A stretch of DNA of 7,476 nucleotides, from contig CAYWGS010000071.1 in assembly GCA_964457525.1 (NCBI GenBank), forward strand, positions 1-7,476, in the 5' to 3' direction. This stretch comes from an uncultured Erysipelotrichaceae bacterium (lineage in GTDB: Bacteria; Bacillota_I; Bacilli_A; Erysipelotrichales; Erysipelotrichaceae). Below, piece after piece: positions 1-6,354 of the stretch. Position 1 is the stretch's first letter; every line of letters starts with the position of its first letter. The notes under the pieces were generated by a model, which worked only from the letters and a program-made list of their open reading frames with translations, did not search any database and was not told the DNA's origin. A program made the translations under genes and the position numbers.

Positions 1-420
1 CATGTACTTCGTATTTTTTTGATTTAAACTTGCGGATAACGCTAATCCACCACACATGGATACACAATGGAGTGAGGATACAAGTCCATAAGCTACTACC
101 AATCCAATACTTAGATTTGATCGTGTAGGATCAAAATTGAATTGTCCGTATAAGTACTGAAAACCAACAAATAGAACTAAACCAAATACCAATATTAAAA
201 GATTGAGTCCATTCTTATCCTTATCAATCTCATATCCTAAAGGTTGAATCAATTGATTGATTTCTTGATTCGATATCCATTTTGGACCTTTGAGATACAT
301 TATTCCTGTTTTGTATGAAACCGAAACAGATTGAATGGAAGGATGTTTCTTTAATTCTTTTTTAATGGTTTCTTCGCAATGTGTACAAGTTAAACCAGAG
401 AGTCTAAGCTTTCTTTCCAT
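1..420 (-). CDS. Partial CDS (N-terminus present, 3' end beyond the window): HMA (heavy-metal-associated) domain fused to a DsbD_2 / TauE-SafE-like (COG2836-type) integral membrane protein; putative fourth gene of the cop operon
   Basis: I translated the minus strand by hand from the ATG at 420-418. It stays open for 140 codons to the window edge: MERKLRLSGLTCTHCEETIKKELKKHPSIQSVSVSYKTGIMYLKGPKWISNQEINQLIQPLGYEIDKDKNGLNLLILVFGLVLFVGFQYLYGQFNFDPTRSNLSIGLVVAYGLVSSLHCVSMCGGLALSASLNQKNTKYM... Residues 4-63 have an HMA-fold layout with a CxxC metal site (LTCTHC). Hydrophobic segments follow, along with the SSLHCxxMCGG motif that I recognise from DsbD_2/TauE-like COG2836 membrane proteins. The ORF track omits it because no stop codon lies in the window. 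The start is 1 nt after the csoR stop (TAA-A-ATG). Confidence 0.65.
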   Translation of the reverse strand, partial: MERKLRLSGLTCTHCEETIKKELKKHPSIQSVSVSYKTGIMYLKGPKWISNQEINQLIQPLGYEIDKDKNGLNLLILVFGLVLFVGFQYLYGQFNFDPTRSNLSIGLVVAYGLVSSLHCVSMCGGLALSASLNQKNTKYM

Positions 421-421
421 T

Positions 422-709
422 TTATCGTGTTAATCGTTTGATTGTGGTTAAGACTTCATCCACAATCTCAGGATGTCCTTGTTTTATATCTCGAACAACA
501 CAGGTTTTTAAATGATTCTCAAATAAGTTTGAAGAAAACGCATCAAGGGCAGACTTAACCGCTGCCACTTGAATTAAGATGTCGTCACAATACACATCTT
601 CTTCAACCATATTTTTAATCCCACGTATTTGACCTTCTAATCGATTGAGACGATTAATTAGTTTTGATTTTTCGTCTTGTTCACGATGTGTATGTTTACA
701 TTCATCCAT
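422..709 (-). CDS. csoR: CsoR-family copper-sensing transcriptional repressor (DUF156 / metal-sensitive repressor family)
   Basis: 95 aa, with the typical CsoR helical core (KLINRLNRLEGQIRGIKNMVEED.YCDDILIQVAAVKSAL). The Cu(I) ligand triad is C41, H66, C70 (YC...NHLKTC), with the same C-x24-H-x3-C spacing as characterised CsoR proteins. It sits directly downstream of copA (5-nt gap), and a GAGG Shine-Dalgarno lies inside the copA 3' end, 8 nt before the ATG. Confidence 0.9.
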   Translation of the reverse strand: MDECKHTHREQDEKSKLINRLNRLEGQIRGIKNMVEEDVYCDDILIQVAAVKSALDAFSSNLFENHLKTCVVRDIKQGHPEIVDEVLTTIKRLTR

Positions 710-714
710 AGTTT

Positions 715-3168
715 TTACCTCATTTTAAAGAATCTTAAGCGTAATGCGTTCGTCACAACTGATACTGAACTTAATGCCATTGCGGTACCAGCTAAAACTG
801 GATTGAGTAATGGACCACCAAAATAGTAGAACACACCTGCCGCAAATGGAATACCAATAATATTATAAATAAATGCCCAGAATAGATTTTCTTTGATATT
901 AATCATCGTGGCTCTGGATAACTTCAACGCCTTAGCCACATCCTTTAAATCTGATTTCATTAAGACGACATCAGCGGATTCCAACGCAACATCCGTTCCT
1001 GATCCAATCGCAATTCCAACATCTGCTTTCGTAAGCGCAACCGCATCATTAATGCCATCTCCAACCATTGCGACAATATATCCTTGTGCTTTAAGTTTAT
1101 CCACTTCTTCTCCCTTATCTTGAGGAAGAACTTCGGATAATACAAGGTCAATACCAACTTGTTTCGCAATTGCATTGGCTGTTTTATGATTATCACCTGT
1201 AATCATGGCGACTTTAATACCCATTTTCTTGAGTGCTGTGATTGCTTCTAAACTACTTTCTTTAACTACGTCCGCAACCGCAAATAATCCTAAAGGTTTT
1301 GAATCATAGGCTACCCATAAGACTGTTTTGCCTAAAGATGAACATTCATCCGCCCATTCCTTTTCTTGGACAGGAATGTTATTTTCTAACATCCAAGCTT
1401 CATTACCAATAAGAATCGGTTTTTGATCTACGACAGCTTTAAGTCCTCTACCACTGACTGCTTCAAACTGATCTACCGACAATAGAGTTATTTCTTGATC
1501 TACTGCGTATTTAACCACAGCTTTCGCTAGTGGATGTTCCGATACAGACTCTGCACTTGCAATAATACTTAAGAATGTTTTTTCATCGATATCAATTGGT
1601 TTTAAATCGGTTAATGTAGGAGCACCTTTTGTGATCGTACCTGTTTTGTCAAAGATAATCGCATTAACCTTATGAGCTGTCTCAAGGGCTTCTCCGCCTT
1701 TAAACAAGACACCCATTTGAGCTCCTTTACCGGTCCCAACCATAATGGCAGTTGGGGTTGCTAAGCCTAGAGCACATGGACATGCAATAACAAGCACAGT
1801 CACAAAACTACTTAATACGAATGGGAAATCCTTACCATTGAGTGCCCAGAAACCTGCACTCAATAATGCGATCACAATAACAACAGGTACAAAGTAAGCC
1901 GATATAACATCCGCTAACTGAGCGATTGGGGCTTTTTGGCCTTGAGCATCTTCTACAAGCTTGATGATTTGTGCTAACGCTGTATCTTGACCCACTGCAC
2001 TTGCTTTCATGGTTATGACACCATTTGCGTTGAGTGAACCACCAATAACTTTATCCCCAACATTTTTCTCAACTGGTAAACTTTCACCCGTTAACATACT
2101 TTCATCGACTGCACTTTGACCACTGATAACAATTCCATCAACCGGAATCTTTTCACCCGGTTTAACCAGTAGAATATCATGAATCACAACCTCTTCAAGA
2201 AGCACATCAATTGTTTCAGTTCCTTGTACTAAATGCGCTGATTTAGGACTTAATCCCATTAATTTCTTAATGGCTTGGGATGTCTTTCCTTTTGAACGTT
2301 CTTCTAACCATTTACCTAAAAGTATGAGGGTTATTACAACACCAGCTGATTCGAAGTACAAATCATTGACAAGTTCATGATTGCCTTGATAGATACCAAT
2401 TGTGTTATATACACCGTATAAGAATGCGGCACCTGTACCAATCGCAACCAATGAATCCATATTTGGAGATCCATGACTGAGTGTTTTAAAACCTACTGTA
2501 AAGAACTTACGTCCTGCATATAGTATTGGAATACTTATGAATAACTGAACTAATGCAAAGTTGAATGGATTCATATGGGGTTCTAACCACATTGGTAACC
2601 AAAGTTTTATCCCTGGAATCATATGTCCCATCGCTAAATAAAGTAAAGGCAATGCAAAGATTGACGCTAGAATAAGTTTAAACGTCATTTGCTTAAGCGC
2701 TAATTCTTTGCGTTTATCATCTTCATCTTTCTCGATTTGTATGTCATTGGCTTTGTAGCCTGCTTTTTCTACCGCTTGTTTAATGGTAGATAACTTTATT
2801 ACACTAGGATCATAGGAAAGTGTTGCCTTATTGGTTGTAAGGTTAACACTAACAGATTGTACCCCAGACTGTTTCTTAATAGCGCGTTCAACCGCTGCAC
2901 TACAGGATGCACAAGTCATTCCTTCAATATCGAGGTTAATTTGACGGACTTGAGTTGGCTCGACTAAACCGTAACCTGCTTTTTCGACTGCTTGTTTTAG
3001 GGTTGAGAAATCAACATCCTTGCTCAACTCAACAGTAAGCTTCTCCGTGCTAAGATTTACCTCAGCACGGGAAACTCCATCTAATTTAGAAACTGTTCTT
3101 TGAACAGCTGCAGCACAACTTGCACAGGTCATATCCGTCACGGTATAGTGGCGAATGTTATCCGACAA
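715..3168 (-). CDS. copA: Copper-translocating P1B-type ATPase CopA (Cu+ exporter) with two N-terminal HMA domains
   Basis: 817 aa with two GMTCASC/DMTCASC HMA domains (residues ~6-70 and ~76-140). P-type ATPase motifs are TGES (MLTGESLP), the CPC transmembrane metal site ([11 protein letters not shown]), the DKTGT phosphorylation site, SEHPLA, MITGDN and GDGINDA. The TM7 YN (FIYNIIG) and TM8 M..SS (MALSSVSV) residues are typical of Cu(I) pumps. The start codon at 3168-3166 is TTG; the first in-frame ATG is the Met of the MTCASC motif and would delete beta-strand 1 of the first HMA domain. Confidence 0.95.
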   Translation of the reverse strand: MSDNIRHYTVTDMTCASCAAAVQRTVSKLDGVSRAEVNLSTEKLTVELSKDVDFSTLKQAVEKAGYGLVEPTQVRQINLDIEGMTCASCSAAVERAIKKQSGVQSVSVNLTTNKATLSYDPSVIKLSTIKQAVEKAGYKANDIQIEKDEDDKRKELALKQMTFKLILASIFALPLLYLAMGHMIPGIKLWLPMWLEPHMNPFNFALVQLFISIPILYAGRKFFTVGFKTLSHGSPNMDSLVAIGTGAAFLYGVYNTIGIYQGNHELVNDLYFESAGVVITLILLGKWLEERSKGKTSQAIKKLMGLSPKSAHLVQGTETIDVLLEEVVIHDILLVKPGEKIPVDGIVISGQSAVDESMLTGESLPVEKNVGDKVIGGSLNANGVITMKASAVGQDTALAQIIKLVEDAQGQKAPIAQLADVISAYFVPVVIVIALLSAGFWALNGKDFPFVLSSFVTVLVIACPCALGLATPTAIMVGTGKGAQMGVLFKGGEALETAHKVNAIIFDKTGTITKGAPTLTDLKPIDIDEKTFLSIIASAESVSEHPLAKAVVKYAVDQEITLLSVDQFEAVSGRGLKAVVDQKPILIGNEAWMLENNIPVQEKEWADECSSLGKTVLWVAYDSKPLGLFAVADVVKESSLEAITALKKMGIKVAMITGDNHKTANAIAKQVGIDLVLSEVLPQDKGEEVDKLKAQGYIVAMVGDGINDAVALTKADVGIAIGSGTDVALESADVVLMKSDLKDVAKALKLSRATMINIKENLFWAFIYNIIGIPFAAGVFYYFGGPLLNPVLAGTAMALSSVSVVTNALRLRFFKMR

Positions 3169-3361
3169 GTTTATACCCCGCTTCTTCTACAGCAGCACGT
3201 AATGTATCAAAGGATACAGAATCCTCTGAATTAACAAGTGCAGATTTTTCTGCTAAAGATACTTTCACATCTTTAACACCTTCTACTTCACTTAATGCGA
3301 CTGTGACATGATGGACACAATGGTTACATGTCATACCTTCAACTGTATATTTCTTTAACAT
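3158..3361 (-). CDS. copZ: Copper chaperone CopZ (single HMA domain)
   Basis: 67 aa, [19 protein letters not shown]...AGYKLVG. This is the classic beta-alpha-beta-beta-alpha-beta HMA length with a GMTCxxC motif. A strong RBS (AGAGGTG) lies 6-7 nt upstream of the ATG. It is the first gene after the CsoR-operator promoter and is immediately followed by, and overlaps, copA. Confidence 0.9.
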   Translation of the reverse strand: MLKKYTVEGMTCNHCVHHVTVALSEVEGVKDVKVSLAEKSALVNSEDSVSFDTLRAAVEEAGYKLVG

Positions 3362-3379
3362 ATTTTCACCTCTGTGACT

Positions 3380-3408
3380 ATAATATACCCCCCTTGGGTA
3401 TAATGCAA
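3380..3408 (-). promoter_or_regulatory. Sigma-A-type promoter of the copZ-copA-csoR operon
   Basis: The minus strand reads TTGCAT (-35, 3408-3403), a 17-nt spacer, then TATTAT (-10, 3385-3380). About 10 nt further on is the RBS AGAGGTG (3373-3367), then the copZ ATG at 3361. This gap and 7356-7428 are the only places in the window where a promoter could lie outside coding sequence. Confidence 0.55.
3384..3402. promoter_or_regulatory. Putative CsoR operator (inverted repeat TATACCC-N5-GGGTATA around a G/C tract)
   Basis: The plus strand 3384-3402 is TATACCCCCCTTGGGTATA, with perfect 7-bp arms (3384-3390 and 3396-3402) around a C/G-rich core. It fills the -35/-10 spacer and overlaps the -10. 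It has the general form of described CsoR operators (ATACCC...GGGGTAT, G/C-tract pseudo-palindromes), and a csoR gene is encoded in the same operon. Confidence 0.65.
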
Positions 3409-3419
3409 GAGTTTTGCAT

Positions 3420-3440
3420 AAAAAAAATAAGCTAAGCTTA
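3420..3440 (-). terminator. Weak candidate rho-independent terminator after yhaM
   Basis: The minus strand reads TAAGC-TTA-GCTTA (5-bp stem, 3-nt loop, including the yhaM stop codon) followed by T8 (3427-3420). The stem is short and has only 2 G:C pairs, so termination may be leaky, allowing read-through into the cop promoter region. Confidence 0.35.
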
Positions 3441-4379
3441 TTCTTTTGGTTTATAGAAACTACGATTCTCTAACGCAAATACACGAGTTGTCCATTCACC
3501 TGGATTAACTTGATCCAATGCTTTGGTTAACATATTCATACGAGCATCCACGTTATCAATATAATTGAGCATTTCAGCTTCCATTAACATTGGTAATACG
3601 GGTGAACCAAATTCATATTCACCATGATGGGATAGAATCATATGGCGCATAAGGGTTACTTGTTCAGACTTCTCAACACCCATCTTTGTCGCTACTTCAG
3701 AGACTTTACTTTGCATAATTGAGATATGACCTACTAACTTACCTTCTAAAGTATATTCAGTTAGAATCGGTCCAGAAAGTTCTTCCATCTTACCTAAATC
3801 ATGTAAGATAACACCCGCTAAGAGTAAATCACGATTTAAAATTGGATAGAGTTGGCAAAACGATTCAGCCAAATCAATCATCGCGATCATATGCGTCGCG
3901 AGTCCACCAACAAAGTCATGGTGATTCTTTGCGGCTGCAGGATAAACAAATAATTTATCGGCATATTGAGAAACGATGGATTTACAGATTCCTTGATAGA
4001 TTGGATCTTTCATTGACAACAAGGTTTCTTTAATACGTTTTTGCATGAACTCTAAACTAAGTGTCGTGCTTACAACATAGTCTCCTGGATTAAAGTCCGA
4101 TTCATTTAGTGGACTAACACCATAGAGTCTTAATTGGTTCGCATTACGATATTTCAAGACTTCACCAGTAACCTGTACGACTTTACCCGCTTCAATGGAT
4201 GCGAGCATATCTTCCTTAACATCCCATAATTTAGCTTCTATCGTGCCTGTTTGGTCTTGAAAACTAAAAGAAACATAAGGAGCTCCAGCATTTGTAATCC
4301 CTTTTGTAAGTTGAGTAATTAATAAACTGGTATTAACCTTCTCACCTTCCACAAAACTTTGAATTGTTTGTCTACTCAT
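3438..4379 (-). CDS. yhaM: 3'-5' exoribonuclease/exonuclease YhaM (N-terminal OB-fold + C-terminal HD phosphohydrolase domain)
   Basis: The N-terminus has an OB-fold pattern (VNTSLLITQLTKGITNAGAPYVSFSFQDQTGTIEAKLWDV) closely resembling Bacillus YhaM. The HD domain carries ILHDLGK, GHIS and ILSHHGEYEFGSPVLP. The maximal ORF starts at 4397 (MKWSGMMSRQ...) but no SD precedes it. A GGAG lies 7 nt upstream of the second ATG of the ATGATG pair (4379-4377), so I place the start at 4379; 4382 or 4397 remain possible. The start overlaps the stop of the upstream GT4::RecX gene. Confidence 0.85.
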   Translation of the reverse strand: MSRQTIQSFVEGEKVNTSLLITQLTKGITNAGAPYVSFSFQDQTGTIEAKLWDVKEDMLASIEAGKVVQVTGEVLKYRNANQLRLYGVSPLNESDFNPGDYVVSTTLSLEFMQKRIKETLLSMKDPIYQGICKSIVSQYADKLFVYPAAAKNHHDFVGGLATHMIAMIDLAESFCQLYPILNRDLLLAGVILHDLGKMEELSGPILTEYTLEGKLVGHISIMQSKVSEVATKMGVEKSEQVTLMRHMILSHHGEYEFGSPVLPMLMEAEMLNYIDNVDARMNMLTKALDQVNPGEWTTRVFALENRSFYKPKE

Positions 4380-6354
4380 CATCCCACTCCATTTCATTTA
4401 ATATAATATAAATATCATCTAGATTAAATCCTTGATGATCCAAATAACTAAAGACTGAATTTCTTAAACTTGTGCCTGTCGCCTTAGACGCATACTTACG
4501 TTTAGCCTTCATTGCGGCTTTACGTAATACATCCAACTCACCTTTCTCATCTTCAGTGAAGTTTAAACTACGCATAACCAATTCAATAACATTAAAATCA
4601 AAGCCTTGAGTCATTAATTTTTGTGTTAATTTTTGTTTCTTCAATCGAACAGACTTATCTTTAATGTTTGGTTTAACTTTCTCAGCCAAAGCCAATGCAT
4701 GTTCAACCTCATTTTCAAGATTATCATCTTGAATCACTCGATCAATAATTTCCTGAGCAATCCCTTTTCTACGTAAGGTTTGAATAATCTTTTGTTTACC
4801 TTGTAATAAAGCTTGAAGAGACGATACGGTATCACGTGCATACGCTTCATCATCGATGTATTTTCTGAACTCTAAATGTTCTACAATTCGATTAATTTGA
4901 CTAATATCCAAAGTTGTATTTTCAATCAAATAATCATAGATTTCTTTACGACTTCGGTCTTTAACACTGATCTTACGAATACAGCTTTGGTAGGCTTTTA
5001 CAGCTTGTTCGTGTTCAAGCAATTGTTCAATCGTTTCTTGACTCAACTCATTTCCCTTCCTTAAACCAAGTTGTACAAACATTTCCATACTAACTAAAAT
5101 GTTTAAACTACGGTTCTTATTCTCTAGTTCACATTCCACAACATCTTTCGTATGTTTAACTGATTTTAACAACATACTTTCTTGTGCTTGTGTTATCGCA
5201 TTTTGGTAAACCTTAAGTACTTGGTTCACAAACACTTCTCGATCATATGGCAATGAGCTTGAAAGAGCATTCCTACGAATCTCATGTTTTTGTTCAGTAT
5301 TAAGTTGGTAATACTCTTTTACCTTAGTACTGAAATCTTCCGCATTTTCAAAGAAATAACCATTCTTTCTAGGAATAATTAAATCCATTAATACAGAATC
5401 TTCACGCGCAAATACCACCTTACCACTTGCAAGTGCTTCAATAAAGGTCATTCCTTGTGTTTCCGTTAAGGAAGCAGATACGAAGATATCACAAGCATGA
5501 TAATAGATTGGAATCGTATGTGCAGCCTTTTTGCCCAAGAATAAAACAGTACCCTTATCCGCAATACGATCAGCGAGTTCTTTTAACTCATCTTCTTGAG
5601 GTCCTGCCCCAACAATAACTAATCGACTCGGTATTTGTGATTGATCTATTTTCGAGAATCCTTCGATAACTAAATCAATACTCTTTTCTTTCGCAATACG
5701 ACCTACATAGAGAATGGTTAGCTTCCCATCTAAATCGAGTTCAGATCGAAGATTATTCACATCATCAAAATGAACATTCTCTTGTTTAAATCGATCAAGA
5801 TTTAGACCTGTAGGAATAACTGTAATTGCACGTTTAATACCATAACCTTCTAACATTAATTTTGTTTTCTCAGAAGGTGAGATTGCGCCATCACTTGTTT
5901 CTACATAGAGTTTAGATAATTTTGAGACTGTCTTCTTCGCAACTTTCTCAAATGTTTTCGATTTAAATAAATTTACGTAATGTGTGTAGTCTTCATAAGT
6001 TGTATGATAGGTCACAACCAACGGTTTATGCATTAAACGAGCAACAATACGTGCAAAGATACCAATACCAAACTCGGTATGTGCATGTAAAATATCTAAG
6101 TTCATTTCTTTTACAATGTCATACGCACGGATATGAAGTGGTGATGTTAAGACATAACCATACATTTGTTTTAGTTGAATACCTGGTAATCGTAAAATAC
6201 GATTTTCATATGAAATTGTTAAAATAGAGGCATGTGTTGTCACAATAAAAACATCATGTCCCATCGCTTCTAAACCTTCTTGAAGCGTAACGATTGAAGA
6301 TACTACACCATTAATTTCTGGTGTGTATGTATCTGTAAATAATGCGATTCTCAT
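4372..6354 (-). CDS. Fusion protein: N-terminal GT4 (GT-B, retaining) glycosyltransferase resembling alpha-monoglucosyl-diacylglycerol synthases (residues 1-~393) + complete C-terminal RecX (RecA regulator) module (residues 394-660)
   Basis: The N-terminal part has MRIALFTDTYTPEINGVVSSI, HAHTEFG, VVTYHTTYEDYTHY and the EX7E motif ETQGMTFIE. This is the pattern I recognise from the Acholeplasma MGS / Streptococcus Spr0982 / Enterococcus BgsB / Listeria LafA class of GT4 glycolipid synthases. From M394 (codon 5175-5173) onward the protein is collinear with full-length (~264 aa) Bacillus-type RecX. MLLKSVKHTKDVVECELENKNRSLNILVSMEMFVQLGLRKGNELS corresponds to the N-terminal beta-rich segment. The repeated helical units follow (RSRKEIYDYLIE...IVEHLEFRKYIDDEAYARD...; GKQKIIQTLRRKGIAQEIIDRV; KQKLTQKLMTQGFDFNVIELVM; LRNSVFSYLDHQGFNLDDIYIIL). 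It is one uninterrupted reading frame. The ATG at 6354 overlaps the upstream TGA (ATGA) and is preceded by AGGGGGA. Confidence 0.8.
   Translation of the reverse strand: MRIALFTDTYTPEINGVVSSIVTLQEGLEAMGHDVFIVTTHASILTISYENRILRLPGIQLKQMYGYVLTSPLHIRAYDIVKEMNLDILHAHTEFGIGIFARIVARLMHKPLVVTYHTTYEDYTHYVNLFKSKTFEKVAKKTVSKLSKLYVETSDGAISPSEKTKLMLEGYGIKRAITVIPTGLNLDRFKQENVHFDDVNNLRSELDLDGKLTILYVGRIAKEKSIDLVIEGFSKIDQSQIPSRLVIVGAGPQEDELKELADRIADKGTVLFLGKKAAHTIPIYYHACDIFVSASLTETQGMTFIEALASGKVVFAREDSVLMDLIIPRKNGYFFENAEDFSTKVKEYYQLNTEQKHEIRRNALSSSLPYDREVFVNQVLKVYQNAITQAQESMLLKSVKHTKDVVECELENKNRSLNILVSMEMFVQLGLRKGNELSQETIEQLLEHEQAVKAYQSCIRKISVKDRSRKEIYDYLIENTTLDISQINRIVEHLEFRKYIDDEAYARDTVSSLQALLQGKQKIIQTLRRKGIAQEIIDRVIQDDNLENEVEHALALAEKVKPNIKDKSVRLKKQKLTQKLMTQGFDFNVIELVMRSLNFTEDEKGELDVLRKAAMKAKRKYASKATGTSLRNSVFSYLDHQGFNLDDIYIILNEMEWDDE

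Noticed and set aside
14-20. T7 (A7 on the coding strand) homopolymer inside the HMA-membrane gene, as a possible phase-variation tract
   Set aside because: Runs of 7 A/T are expected by chance in DNA this AT-rich. It encodes an ordinary Q-K-N and shows no sign of a frameshift.
893-1123. 76-aa plus-strand ORF from the track, antisense to copA
   Set aside because: It lies entirely inside the strongly supported copA CDS, has a low-complexity Ser/Thr/Ala/Pro composition typical of a shadow frame, and has no RBS or promoter.
960-1196. 78-aa minus-strand ORF in an alternative frame within copA
   Set aside because: It overlaps the conserved GDGINDA/MITGDN region of copA in another frame. It has no recognisable motifs and no independent start signals, so it is a frame artefact.
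2930-2975. Possible programmed -1 frameshift after the first HMA domain of copA (as described for E. coli CopA(Z))
   Set aside because: No X-XXY-YYZ slippery heptamer is present in the inter-domain linker coding sequence, and a separate copZ gene already supplies the chaperone.
3120-3311. 63-aa plus-strand ORF antisense to copZ and the copA 5' end
   Set aside because: It is a shadow ORF opposite two well-supported HMA-encoding genes, with no SD and a compositionally biased translation.
3359-3371. 13-nt identical string CATATTTTCACCT at the starts of copZ (3359-3371) and the 334-aa GT4 gene (7353-7365)
   Set aside because: This is just the reverse complement of AGGTGAAAATATG, a near-optimal SD + AT spacer + ATG shared by the first genes of both operons. 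It is not a repeat element.
3842-4033. 63-aa plus-strand ORF antisense to yhaM
   Set aside because: It is embedded in the HD-domain coding region of yhaM and has no start signals or recognisable fold pattern.
4380-4397. Longest-ORF start of yhaM at 4397 (MKWSGM...)
   Set aside because: The sequence upstream of 4397 is pure AT (ATATTATATTAA) with no SD, whereas GGAG sits 7 nt before the ATG at 4379. Bacillus YhaM alignment also begins near the MSRQ... position. I kept 4397 only as an alternative.
4876-5064. 62-aa plus-strand ORF antisense to the RecX module
   Set aside because: It is an AT-rich shadow frame (Ile/Phe/Asn-rich) inside a supported CDS with no RBS.
5173-5260. Possible internal promoter/RBS that would make RecX a separate protein from M394
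   Set aside because: I saw only a weak AGAAAG 1 nt from the ATG and no convincing -35/-10 pair in the preceding ~90 nt (TTTACC...GATAAC at best). It cannot be excluded without TIS data, so it is discussed under the fusion finding rather than called as a feature.
5982-6227. 81-aa plus-strand ORF antisense to the GT4 N-terminal domain
   Set aside because: It is a shadow ORF opposite the conserved HAHTEFG/TYHTTYEDY region, and nothing supports independent expression.
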